A stretch of 60,257 nt of DNA, counting the filler, from Sluysia triapertura (lineage: Eukaryota), in the NCBI GenBank assembly GCA_046118255.1. It is 4 parts of 4 records of this genome, joined end to end, with 100 filler letters (N's around TTAATTAATTAA, not from the genome) between each part and the next. Parts side by side here need not be neighbours in the genome. Positions count along the whole stretch, not along the records: positions 1 to 16,591 come from JBJNIA010200375.1; positions 16,692 to 36,088 come from JBJNIA010070950.1; 2 more parts are not named here. One strand, given 5' to 3'. The translations under genes and the position numbers were made by a program. The notes beneath the pieces were generated by a model. It saw nothing but the letters and a program-made list of their open reading frames with translations, was not told the DNA's origin and did not search any database. This document shows positions 12,458 through 25,122 of the stretch, piece by piece. The number at the start of each line of letters is the position of its first letter. Position 1 is the first letter of the stretch.

Positions 12458-13389
12458 TTCTTGCTACATTAAAAAATAGAAATTTTAAAGTTAATGAAGT
12501 TCAAGATTAAGATCACATGATAAATACACATTTTAACAAAAATAATAATACAAACAATTTAATTAATTGACACAAAATTATTTTAATATCTGAAAATATA
12601 AAATTAAAATTCCCACAATATGATTTCTTAAGTAAAAGGAAATATAAATTAATTAATTGTTTTTAAAATGAACTCTATGTATATTTAAATGTTGCATTAA
12701 TCTTATTATTAGACAAATTAATATATTAAAACATTTAATAACAAAGTTTACTTTATTAATAAAAGTTGCAAATTTTAATAATTGCGATACAACAAAATAT
12801 AAATTTAAGAACATATATTTTCAACATAGATTTGTTCTTACAGATGTTTAAGGGTAAAGTTTTATTATTAATATTAAAAATTTTTCACACTTTAATTTAA
12901 GTTCAAAATTTATTGTAAACAATTAAATTAAAGGTTTTTGAATTATTTATTTTATATAAATATACTATTTTGAAAATCAGACATTAGAATAAAATTATTA
13001 ATATTGCCGCACATTCTATATCCAAATTTTTCAATAATTTGTACATTTTTATAAATATTCTTTAGATTTTAGAAAGTTGCATATATGCGAATTTATGATT
13101 GCTGTGGTTTTCTTAATGCTAAACCTACGGCAAAATAAAAAATTGAGCAGGTCCGGTTAGAGTAAGTGACTTACAACTAGTAGTTTGAACATCTGTAACT
13201 AAGAAATTTAAAATCTTACTTAAATCACTTGAAAATATCACGTTAAAACGTTCCTATTATGAGAGTCTTAACTAATTGTGATAATTACACCAATTTATCA
13301 GGAATGAAAAACAACACTTAACTTTTGTTATTAAAATAGGTACACATTTAATAATATAATCAAAATAGTTCAATTATAATTAAAATTAA

Positions 13390-14610
13390 GAATATTTAAT
13401 TTAAATTGAAATTGTAATAATATAAAGTTCCTCTCATTACATCGAGGAAAAATAATAGTTAATTAAATATTTTAAAGTATTATTTTAATATTTTTATCTT
13501 CTCCGAGAAGATAAAAATCCCTTACAAAAACAAATTACCGTAAGCATTAAATAATTCCAAAATCCAATGAGTGTTAAATTTTCAGACCAAATATCGATAA
13601 TAAAAGAAAGTTCAAAACAGAATTTGTATAGTCTAGAACATTCTAGAACATTTTATTCTATTTATAGAAGCAAATTTTCTTTTTGGAAAATAATTTTTTC
13701 TTTTTTAGAAATTAAATGTTTTTTTGGATATTTGGAGACTTTAAAATATTTTTTAAATAATTTAAAAAATTTTTAATAATATTTTATGTAATTTTAGATG
13801 TTCGTGTTGGCAACCTAACATGATGTAGTTTATTAATAATAATATTAATAATAATAATAATGATGCGGTTTCTTATTACTTATCGTACAACAAAATAAAA
13901 TTTAAACAGGGTCTAATTACAGTAACGTCTTATATTGTAAAGAAGAAGCTTCTATAACTATACTCAAGCAAATGCAAATTTAATAAAAAAATTTCTACCA
14001 GTGAAGGTCTCTAATCTCAATGTACTTTGTAAATAACAACAATTAGTGCATAATAATTTTTATTAGTAACAGTCAAATAACAAAGGCAAATATTAAAGGT
14101 TTATATAAGTTCAAAGACAAATAATTAAATTAAAAATTAAAATCCTGATTGGTATTTAATTTTAAATTAAAAATATTCTCGTCATTACATCGGAGTAAAT
14201 AAAAACCGTTTAATTAAAGAGTTTTTTCCTTATCCGGGAAGATAAAAACACCTTAACAAAAACAACTTACCACACTCACAGAAATTAGATTGATGTTGAA
14301 ATGAGGCGAAGGAGAAGTAAAGCAAATATAATGATCCTATCGGAGATGTAAAACAATTGATGAGAAGCACAATGATTTAGTCTCAATAATTGCCCTTTAA
14401 AATTCACAGTAAGCTCCAAAATGAGGACTAAATTTTTTGAGATTAAGATTAATAGTTAAATCCAAAATGGTGCCTAAATTGTGATTGAATTATGATTACT
14501 GGAGCTACTTAAATAAACCAACAGCCAATCATAGAACATTCTAGAATCTTCGTTTCTATTTTTAGTATGGAATTTTCTTTTTAAGAAAATAAAGTTCTTT
14601 TTAGAAAATA
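13390..14610. repeat. Two diverged direct copies of a repeat (13390-13720 and 14155-14610), each with a heat-shock-element-like array
   Basis: Shared blocks TCATTACATCG, CCG(A/G)GAAGATAAAAA and TAGAACATTCTAGAA...AATTTTCTTTTT. Confidence 0.7.
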
Positions 14611-14879
14611 AGCTTAAATTAGTGTTGTAAGTTGTTTTTTGTTGTTGTTTTGTAATTTTAAATGTGTTGTGATGAATTTCTAATTTTAAAATGAAAAACT
14701 AAAATATAAAAATTAGAGGAGGAATTATGTTAATACTTATGTGATGTTTCAATTTCATCAATCAAAAAATAATGAGGCGAAATGAATGTATTAATTATTT
14801 TATGCTACAAACACCAACTTAAAATTATACTTTATTGAATTTAAAATTTAAAATAAAATAAAGGTTTTTTAAAAAACAT

Positions 14880-16310
14880 CATTCCACTCATTATACTGAT
14901 TACGTAAAATTAATACAATAGATTGACTGTGATTCAACTTCAGAACTTTCTCGCCACTCTAATCAGATAGTTCGTGTGATTTTGTCAGGAAAAATATTAA
15001 AATAAATTTATTGCTATTATAACCCATAGCTGTGAATTTCATGGTTGACAATGGTACAGGCATGGTTTTTAATGACGCTTTTGTTTTTGTTTCGACTACA
15101 CCACATTGAATTACTTTTAGAACATTTTTTGATATCGTTTTTCACACCATTCCAATATTTATTTCTTATTCTAGACAGAATTTTTTCTAGTAGACAAGTA
15201 TCGTTTAAATGACCATCATAGAATGGGATTAGTATAAGGTGGTCATCTTATCTTCGACCTTTCTCGAAATTGTCACAGCTTCCATGAAATTTATATTTTC
15301 TCTGCCGTGCATATTTGTCCTGATTTCCAGGTTTGTATATAATTTCTAAATCGAATTCGCAAAACTTAGAGAACCATTTCATCCAAATGATTTATGATCG
15401 TTATATAAATAAACTTTTTAGCCCAACAAATAATGTCTAAACAATTTACGTGAATATGCAATCGCTAAACATCCTCATTTCTTTAGTAGAAAAATTCAAT
15501 TCAACCTTATTCAGGCGGTTTGCATAAGCATAACTACTTCGAGCCTATTGTTATCTTTTTGTCCTAAAATTGCTCCAATAGTGTAATTACTTGTACGCTT
15601 TGATAACATGAAATGTTTGTTAACATCTGGATAAATTAATATTGGTGCCATTGTTAGTCTTTCCTTTAAATGTGTAAATGGAATTGTCCGTTACTCTTCC
15701 AATTTAAACGAAATATCCTTTTTAGTTAATTTCCTTAATGACTGCGAACTATGCAAATAATAATTATTCATATCCTTTCATAAGTTTAAAGTTTTACTTA
15801 GAAATGATTTACACAAGGAATCATTAAGAGGTATTCATTGCAATTAAACTTCAAAATACATGATGCTGTTGGATTTGAATTAAAGTTTTATCATAATGAA
15901 ATAATTCAAAATAAATGCTCTTGTAATTTTCTGCAAATTATAATTTAAAGTCTTTGTCATCACTTTATCAGTGATTATCCTAACTTAAAACAAGTATAAT
16001 TTCATTAATTAATTATTGTTAAAATTAATTATTGTTAAAGATCATTACATTGGTCATAATGATATCATTCTAATAAATTTTCTAAGTTGCCTAAATGCTA
16101 ATGTTAATTGTTCAATAAAAGCCACTCGGCTTAAATTCGATTCATTCGAAAGAGTAACAACTTTAGTGTACCGTTCTATTACAATGGCCATAAATAGCAA
16201 GCCATGTGTATTTTGTTGTAAGTCTGTTTATGTTATATATTTTATTGACCCTTATATGATTATGCCTTTTGTAACTTTAAGTTCCCTAAATGTGATTGCT
16301 CCATCCTCAT
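14880..16310 (-). mobile_element. Ty3/gypsy LTR retrotransposon pol relic (RT, RNase H, integrase zinc region)
   Basis: Broken translations in gypsy order: IY*NDIIM (YxDD), LRKLTKKDISF, LKERLTMAPILIYPD, SNYTIGAILGQ, LFRHYLLG, NDHKS, YKPG, WNGVKNDIKK. Confidence 0.8.
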
Positions 16311-16502
16311 AATATTGTGAGAATTTGGTTTATGACAATGTTAATGACACCGGGCTTACACACGCAGGGTCGATGCATAGATGTCAGCGTTAAAAAAATG
16401 GAAGTACTGGAGGTTAAAGAAAATATTATCAATTATGTTTCCGCGAGGTTAGATTTTGAAATAATTTAAATATGACCAAAAAAATGTTTTAAATCAAATT
16501 TA

Positions 16503-16591
16503 TGTTAGACTTCATAAAATGGACTGACCGGGGATCGAACCCGGGACCATCGTCTGCGCAGTGCGACTGCTCTACCACTGAGCTATCAGCC
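16503..16591 (-). mobile_element. tRNA-derived SINE head (pseudo-tRNA), cut by the assembly linker
   Basis: A box TAGCTCAGTGGTAGAGC, T arm CCGGG-TTCGATC-CCCGG and a paired acceptor stem, but the anticodon stem has two mismatches. The tail ATTTTATGAAGTCTAACA is shared with a decayed copy at 36966-37025. Confidence 0.65.
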
Positions 16592-16691
16592 NNNNNNNNN
16601 NNNNNNNNNNNNNNNNNNNNNNNNNNNNNNNNNNNTTAATTAATTAANNNNNNNNNNNNNNNNNNNNNNNNNNNNNNNNNNNNNNNNNNNN
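16592..16691. other. Artificial contig linker N44-TTAATTAATTAA-N44 (also 36089-36188 and 49128-49227)
   Basis: An identical 100-nt construct occurs three times. The 12-mer gives stop codons in all six frames. Confidence 0.95.
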
Positions 16692-16839
16692 CAATACATT
16701 AATAATTAAACTAAAAAAGTAGAAAAAGGAATAAGAGTGGTGAAGGTGAAAACATCTATAGCCTCCTGAGTACCTTATAAAGTATTTAACAACTTTATAA
16801 CCATGATAAAACCTTTAAACTTTGAATAAAATAAAATAA

Positions 16840-17460
16840 ATAAATTAATTAATTAAAATCTTAATTACTTAATTAAGGAAAATAACATTTGTGTGAATAA
16901 CTTTTGAATGATGAATGCTATGTTCAAACTGCAATTGTGTATGTATGTGTTTTAAAGAGACCTTTCGACGAAGATAGGGTTTGACCGAATTCATGCGAGG
17001 AAAGCCTCTATATTGAATAAAGTCGAATTTTAATTAATTTTAATTTAAAGTGCTGAAATTTCCATATTTAGAATGATGAAGAGATCATTACTATGAAATA
17101 GGAGAACCAAAAATGAGGTTGAAATTTTTGTGAAATTGTTCCTTTGGGAAAGAGAACCTTAAAGATTTTTCATTAAAAAATTGAGTGTGAGGAATTGAAA
17201 ATTAACTAAAATGTAAAACTAAAGTTAAATTCATTACTTTTAAGTATGTCAATAATGATAATTGTTATTTTAATGTAAGAAATGATTCATGAAAATCTAG
17301 ATAGAGTAGAGTAGAAGAAAAATGAGAGTTGATTGTTAATCGAATTGTTTTGTTTTTCTTGACAGGTCGTACCTTGTATGTGTCATTTTAATCTTTAAAA
17401 GAAGTTTTGATGATTTATGTAAGAGTAATTCTTGATTGCGAATGTGGAAATGATTGGATG
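16840..17460. repeat. Dispersed repeat, probable LINE fragment; second copy at about 36350-36950
   Basis: Collinear blocks TTAATTAAAATCTTAATTA, TGTGTATGTAT, ACCTTTCGA, TTCATGC(G/A)AGGAAAG and AGAACCTTAAA. Confidence 0.8.
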
Positions 17461-18019
17461 ACGTAAAATTATAAATTAGAACTCATAGGCATTTTGATAC
17501 ATACGTAAAAAGGAGACATTATTTGCAGTTGATCATAAAAAAGAAGATCCATTCTATTGGTAACTTTTATTTTATTTTATTTGTTTTTAAATATTAATTT
17601 TAATTAAGAATATTGTTGGGGTTGTCGAAAAATAAAATGACTGAAAGAATATTGCAGCTTCAGGTAAAGATATCAATATTTTATAAAAATTTTTCAAAAA
17701 ATTTATAAGTATATTAATTATGTTGAACATTGATATATTTAACAATATATACATTGATATATTTAACAATATATTGATTGGACGATTGTAACATTACACA
17801 TATTTATTATTGATTATTTAATACAATTATTATTCGAAATTATTAGTGATTATTTATTACAATTATTATTTATTTGGAATAATTTACAATTATTTTATTA
17901 TTTTTAAAGTACGTTATTTTTAATTTTTAATTAATTAATTTTTAATATTAATGTAACTATTGTAAAAAACATTTATAAAAAATATTTTATTTCAATAAAA
18001 AACATTTTAAAAAATATTT

Positions 18020-18780
18020 TAATAATAGTTTGTTTTAATCTGATATTTCAAGGTCGGATTAAAACACTATATAAGTAAGCTAATATTTGCAATCCACAAT
18101 AACTTGTTTATACAATTGTTTGAATTGAAAAAATTTTTCGTTGAAGAAGTTGTTAATTTTTCGAGAAATCAATTATTTAAATAGTCACGTTAGTTTAGTT
18201 ATCTTTAAGAACAGATATTATTTTAATATCATTAGTAATATTTTGAGGTAAACTCCTTTAATAAATGTGGACCATATAGAGGTCTGAAGTAAAATTCTTT
18301 TGTAAATTTTTGAAAACGTTATAACTAGTTTTATCTAGTTATTGTAAAATCATTATTATATTTTTAATTTTTTAAATCTATTGTATATTATTAATTAATA
18401 AATTATTTATTACTCGTATTATTTTTTGAACACAAAATTACTAAACTATCTGAAAAGCTTTCATACGCTAGATTTTAATTCTAGCAGGTAAAATCTTTTT
18501 AATCGATCCCATGTAACGGGGTTTACGAAAAATCATTGTTAGATATTTACATTTAATATTTAAATTAAATTAAATAAACCCAGACGTAAGGCAGATCAGC
18601 ATATAACAGTTAACTATCCATTTTTGTACTTAAAGCAAATTAATTAAACTGCAGATTCAGAGCACTAGACAGTGCTAACACTTTAATAAGTTAAATATTT
18701 ACTTTCGCATTAAAATCCAACGGCTAGCCCTCGCTGGTAAGTCCAGTACGTTGATGAACTCACGTTAAAATTTAAACACT
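18020..18780 (-). repeat. Copy 1 (inverted) of a 0.8-0.9 kb non-coding dispersed element
   Basis: The reverse complement contains TTAACGTGAGTTCATCAACGTACTGGACTTACCAG...GCCGTTGGAT and TAGAATTAAAATCTA, as in the copies at 29270 and 42220. Confidence 0.75.
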
Positions 18781-19804
18781 TTATTCTATATCACTCTTTT
18801 TTCACATTCTCACAATATTATTATGAGAGATTTTATCTCAAAAATATTCTAAAAATTTCCATTACTTTACAAAGTTACTCAAAGGTCTTAAACGTTTACG
18901 AAGATTGACATTGTCTTAAATTATTTGAAAGTTCACATGCTCAATGACATTTTAACGATTCAAAACGTTTTCCAAATAAATTTCAAGCTTCTTCAAGGAT
19001 CTCAACAAATTATAAAGGTCTGTGAAATTTCAAGGTATTTTGAATTCTCAAAATTATTCTAGATGCTATCATCTTCATCATTTTCATTCTAGCTATACTT
19101 TATTATGCTTTTCTCATCCTGCTTCTTTCAATCCCATATCTTTTTTATTCATCTATAAATATTTTGAAAAATCTAATATACTATAATGAATAACTTTGTT
19201 GCGTAATTTAAGAATTAAAATGCTTCTAAATGGTTTTTCAGCAATATTTTTCTTAAATTTGTTACTTCATTTTTAAAAAAATTTTTAATAATAAAATATA
19301 ACTGTTTTTTTGGATTCATTTCCAATAATTTTACAGGTTTTGGCTGGTCAGATAAAGCCAAATATTAGAAATAGATGCAGTTAAGAAATCAATTTATTAA
19401 ATAAAAATAATTTTCGACCATAATCGTTCAACTCAAGTTCTCATATTATCATAAATTATTTCAATAACTAGTAATAAATAGGCATATAATTGTGAATAAC
19501 CTTCTACTTCAAAATCATATTTTTGTGGAACAAATATATTTTAATTCTAGTTCTTCGTAATGGTTTTTATGTCAGTTGTATTATGTGTTATATTTTATTA
19601 AAATGATTCTTTGTAAAAATTTGTTTTTTTAATGCTTATTTTCAGTTAAGGATGTGCAGTTATTACTATTGTTAATATTTTATAATTAAAATTTAATTCT
19701 ACAAATTATTATCTTTAAAAAATGCAAAATAAAAATGAATAGGTATTTTGTTTAATTACATATTACAGTTTGTATTAATGCTTGATTTATAAATTATACA
19801 TAAT

Positions 19805-21965
19805 ATGTTGGAACAATTAATTCTTGAAAATGATAACGACATTGTTTCATTATTGGAGGACTTTGGAAAAGAACTAGAAAATGAAGAGTCTGTTGAATAT
19901 GGTAATGATATAATATAAATATTTAATGCTGTGTAGTTAAGAATTTCAGTTTTATTAATAATATCAGTCCAACAGTTCTTTGCAATCGAATTATGACATA
20001 CTTAACAAACAAAAAAATCAAAACAAACATAATTACTATTAAGATTCTTGAAGAATTTAAAAAAAGTTATTTTAGTTCAGATTTATTTCTAGATGATGAA
20101 CCAATATTAAAACTTGAAAATAAATCAAAGTAAATTATCGTTATAAGTAAATAAATAAATTAAAATATAGACGTAAAACTCAGCCTAGGCTTATTGAAAA
20201 TGATTTTATGGTTGATTATGTAGATTTTGATAAAGAAAATAGCCAAGATTACAATAATATCAGCACTTACAAAAACCTTGGTAATGATTTAGTATTTTAC
20301 GTAGATGACGATGAAGATTATACCTACATGTGTATGAATGATAATAAGTGCAATAATGGTTTGTATATTTCATTTGACCTTAAATATTTTAACAATGTAG
20401 ATTTCAAAACTGTATCTAAAAACATTTTAAAAACGTTATTTGAAATGGCTGTTAAAGATAATTTAATTCAAGATATTAGTCAGTTTTCTGAATTGGCACC
20501 AATAGGATGGTTATCCTATGAAGATGTATATATATGTGGTCAAATTATAGTAGAATATTCAAGAATAGAATGCAATCCTAATGAAACAAAATTAGAAGAC
20601 ATAAATGAAACTTCAAAAAATTATCAATTAACGCATGATACAATTGGATTAGCTAGTATTGACGAAAGTGTAACTAAAGTTGCTTTAAATGTAGATCAAT
20701 TAAATAGTTATTCATTTTATCCTGGTCAAAACGTAATTTTAAAAGGTTGCAGTTTGTCGAAAAACGAGTTTTTAGTCAAAGAAATTATACCCGTTAGTTC
20801 TATTAATTTAGTATCCTATGTATTTTAGAATTTAATTGAGCCTATTGCACTTATTGATAAAACACTTAACGGAGTTCTTAAAGATTTAAAAGTTCTCATA
20901 GCTGCTAATTTATTATATCATAACATAAATATTAATCAGCAGTCTAAAATTGTAGCAGTAGATTTGATTAAAAAAGCTTCTGAAATCGGATGTCATGCTG
21001 TTATCTTTTGTGGGCCTTTTCTTGGATGTAATTCACAGGTTTATTATAATTATTTTATAACATTTTATAATATAATATATATTAATTATGATCGGTACCA
21101 TGCAAGTAATATACAAGATAATATAAAAGTAATACTTATACCGAAAATTTTTTTAACGCGTCATGTTATTAGTAAACAAAGTGGGCAATTTCCAAAACTG
21201 AAAGTACATGGAAAGGAATGCAAGTAGCAAACAATATACTTTAAAAACGTTGAAGAATAGTCGGAAAGTTGAAAAGACTTACACTTCATTATTTTGTACT
21301 TTTAGTAAAAATTAGCTTAAAAGTATTGTTGGAAATTTGATAGAACATTTAGTAATATTCTAGTAAATCTATATTTGAACTGTAATAGTAGCAGTGTCAC
21401 AAAATGACTATTTTATTATGGTTAGCTATCGACAGTGTTAGCATGTAAGAAACTTGCATTACATTATTTTTATTTAGTATATTTTTCTTTGTACCATTAA
21501 GATAGTGATTAAATCAGTTCTTTTCAGAACCAACTCACGTCAATAAGTGCTTTGATTTTTAATGCTTAATTTTGTGTTTAAATGTTTTTCAGTATTAGAA
21601 CATAACAAATATTACTCGCAAAAATTAAGGCCAAATATTTAGGAATTTCGAAACTCTAGTTGTACATAAATGATATTAAAATTAATCAAGTTTGAGATTT
21701 ATTTATGTGCTTGTACGACATTTTAATTAACAATTTTAATTAATATTTTCAATAATAAACAAAAATATTAGTGATTAAAATTATTTATATCTTTATGTTT
21801 TAGTTGCATTTTACTGAACTGAATGCATTGGAAGCTGTGATGTTGCACGTTTATAAAGCAGCAAGTCAATATAAAATTCATACATTTATAATTCCAAATA
21901 GTCACGATCTGAATGGATTTGGAATTTTTCCACAAGCCAGAATTCAAGTTAATGAAGATTTTCTT
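19805..21965 (+). CDS. POLA2: DNA polymerase alpha subunit B, five exons visible (19805-19901, 19937-20129, 20171-20792, 20829-21038, 21804-21965); C-terminal exons not found
   Basis: Frame-preserving GT-AG introns of 35, 41, 36 and 765 nt. Motifs YSFYPGQNVILKG, VIFCGPFL and IIPNSHDL..IFPQ match the Pol alpha B OB-fold and phosphoesterase-like domain. Confidence 0.85.
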
Positions 21966-22499
21966 GTAAGTTTTAAATCTATATTTTATGTAATTATTTT
22001 CTTATTTATGACAAATAATATTTATGAAAATAAACTGATCCCATAAAATTTTTGAAAATTAGGAAATACTACAAATTAAGCGTTCAATTAAGATGTACCT
22101 AAAGTTATACCGATTATAAAATTGCTAATAATTTAATACAATGTTTTGTGCAAATTTAATTACTTTATAAAATCAATAAAACATGAAATTGTTTTAAAAT
22201 TTTATGTAGCGATTAATATGGAAATTTTTGTTTTCAGGGTTTGTAACTTTGTATGATTTTCAAAAAGTATTGTGACCTGATAAAAACAAAATTTAATAAA
22301 TACATGAAACAGATTTTAAACTATCGAAATGAATTAAATTTTTATCATTTATCATTTATCATTTTGATTTGTCTTCAAAAAATTTAATAGTTTTTTTTGA
22401 AATTCCTTTTTCTGATATGCTCTTTCAAATGAAAGAGGAAAAGTAAGTCACTTAGAGCAAGATTTTGAATGTCGGGCTTACGTAAAAGCTAAATAAATT

Positions 22500-23250
22500 C
22501 AGATTAGCCAATTGTATTGTTTTGTCCGAATCATTCTCCTATGGATGTATTACATAATCAACCCCATATAACATACAAAATTTCATTCGAAACACTTAGT
22601 AATGCACACTCCGCATGTATTGTCTCACATTATATCATTTTCCAAATTCTCCCCTTATTTACAAAATGTCTAAAACATTTCATGAGATACATTTAACTCA
22701 TAGTTTAACTAATAAAAATAAAGAAATTCAAAAAAATTTCTTACCGGTTATTCAAAGTAATTAACTATTAAAGAATTAAACTGACACAGTCGTTTTGTCA
22801 TCACAATTGATTTTTTATCAAATTAAGTGTTTATAGTAGCCAAACTTTGATTTCCGGACTTGTGATGGTTAATCATCTGGCTTACTTAATTCTATGCAAA
22901 AAGCTAACGTCATCTAATAGTTGGTTTCCTTTTAACCATTTGTCCACTTTAAGTTACTACAGTACAGATCTTACTTATATGAACTCATCGTGTTTCTTTG
23001 CCATTTATTCAAAATGACTTATTTCGTCCAAAAATTAGTCTTGTTCAGTTTTTCTAAGTCTGCAACAATTATGTTGAATTTTTTGGGTCCGCCTTTGATA
23101 TACGGTCTATATTATGTGAAAGACGTATTCACAAGATGTCAAAAACTACGAAAGGATTCCTTAAATCTTGCAGCAATCACTTAATTTTTCATGGAATAAT
23201 CAATTAACCCTATCAACGATTAATCACTTGAAATCCTAACAATTACTTAA
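22500..23250 (-). mobile_element. Highly decayed non-LTR retrotransposon fragment (R2/NeSL-like post-RT region)
   Basis: The broken translation DKWLKGNQLLDDVSFLHRIK*AR resembles the region before the CCHC finger in RLE elements. Weak. Confidence 0.35.
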
Positions 23251-23840
23251 TTAATTCTTCAATAATCTAACTCTTCTGATTATTGTTTTATAATTCTATA
23301 ACATTCGGGGAATATTTTATTCAATTCTCTCTTTAAATAAAATCTCTTGTAACAAAAGTAATTATTTTTTAATTTAATACTTTGTGTTTCTACCAATTTT
23401 AACTTAGAATTTCTTCAAAAATTATTCTTTAATTCTAATTTATTCCTTTAACAAAAATTATGTAACAAAACGAAGTATCTATTACAAATAAAAATAGTTT
23501 AATACAAATCGAATATATATGTATAACACAAATATAAGTATATTACAAAATAAATGTATAAAATTAATAATTCGTAAAGTTTAAAGCAGATTTTAACTCA
23601 GGCGAATGCTTGAGCTTTTTAAAAGTTTAACGATTTTACGTGGATTTTGAAGCAAAATATTAATGCCAGAAATATTTTCTGGCGCTATAGTGGACTACAC
23701 TTCTATTTGAATATTGGTATTATAAGAATATTATGAAAATTATGAAAAGTTTTATCGTTGATACTGGTAGCTTTCTCCGTAAAAAATAATTTTCCAGCTA
23801 ATTGTTATAATCTTATAACGTTATTTTGGAAGCTTATGAA

Positions 23841-24178
23841 TAGGGTTACCATTTTTTTCGCCAAACCGGGACGGTCAAATTTTTTTCAACACCCCTCCCC
23901 AAAAAAATTTTTTTGTTTTTCATTGTACATATATTAATTAATTACCTATATACTAAAAAGTTGAAAGTTAGAGGCACACATACGTCACACATATACGTAT
24001 GTGTTTGAGTCATACAGTATGACGCATCTAATATGTTTTCAAAATTTTTTTCACAAGTTTATTGGCGCCGGATAAATATATTTTGAATCAGTTGAAGAAC
24101 ATGGAAAACCGGGACATTTTTAACAACCGGCCGGGACGCCGGGACAAGTTCTTAAAACCGGGACGGTTGGAAACCCTA
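23841..24178. mobile_element. hAT (Blackjack-type) MITE
   Basis: TIRs TAGGGTTACCA / TGGAAACCCTA and five subterminal CCGGGAC motifs. The 8-bp flanks do not match. Confidence 0.75.
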
Positions 24179-25122
24179 TATTTAATCCATAGCTTTTCTT
24201 TCTGTCTAATTAAGTTTAGTAGATTCCACCACCTTTCATTCGTATTATTGTTTGTATTATTTCCTGATTTGTTTTAAATTTTTCTTAATAATATTTGAGT
24301 TACTGACACAAAATAAATGATTTATTTTATTTAATTAAATGATAATATATATACCACAATTTTATTAACGAAAGAATTATCGAGATAAAATCAAATCAGC
24401 TTCGTTGGAGCAGAGTTTAGATATATCAACATTACATTTCAAAATTGTCATCATCTTGTCCAATACAGAAATCATAGTACTTTGAATGATGTTGGAGTGT
24501 CATTTATTGAATTTCTTAAATATTGATACTTCTTGAGCTAGCAAATAAATCAAATTTTATATTATTACACATGTTATGGTTGGACGAGTAAATAATTTTA
24601 TTTCAGGAAAACAATTAAAATTTAGATCGCTTCTGTATATTGTTTTAAAAATTTCATCAGCTTCTACTTTCTCTTTTTTGTATTTTAATTTTATTTCGAT
24701 ATCATTTAGATATGCAGCACGATTAAGTGCCAAAAAGGTATAACCACGAAAAACATAATGCTAAATTATGTTTACAGTTAAGATCATTAAATAATGAGCA
24801 TTCGTAATAATAACAGCTTTCAAATAAATGATGAATTGAATTATTATCTAACAATTGAATTATCACAGAATTTAACATATGCTTAATTTTATTGAGTAAT
24901 AACTTTCAGTTGACGCACAAGTGTTCAGTTGTGATAGAGCTTTACGAATACTTATTCGAATTATAATTGTTGATTAATTAATGTTTTCGTATAGGCTTAT
25001 AGAAGCGCCTATCAGGCACGAACTACATCCCGAAATCATAATATTATTAATGTCATTAGATAAGGTTTAGGAAAAGCAATTTCTGTAACTAAATTTTATG
25101 TAACTTAGTTTAAACGAACGAA

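Noticed and set aside
14713-14735. AGAGGAGGAATTA-TGTTA as the polypurine tract and LTR start of the gypsy relic
   Set aside because: It is on the opposite strand to the pol relic and no matching second LTR is visible.
16521-16591. Functional tRNA-Arg(GCG)
   Set aside because: The anticodon stem is mismatched, there is an extra base and C at position 37, and a SINE-like tail is shared with another copy.
16592-16691. TTAATTAATTAA inside N runs as a biological motif or piggyBac site
   Set aside because: It is an identical 100-nt construct at three places, i.e. an assembly linker. Adjacency across it cannot be interpreted.
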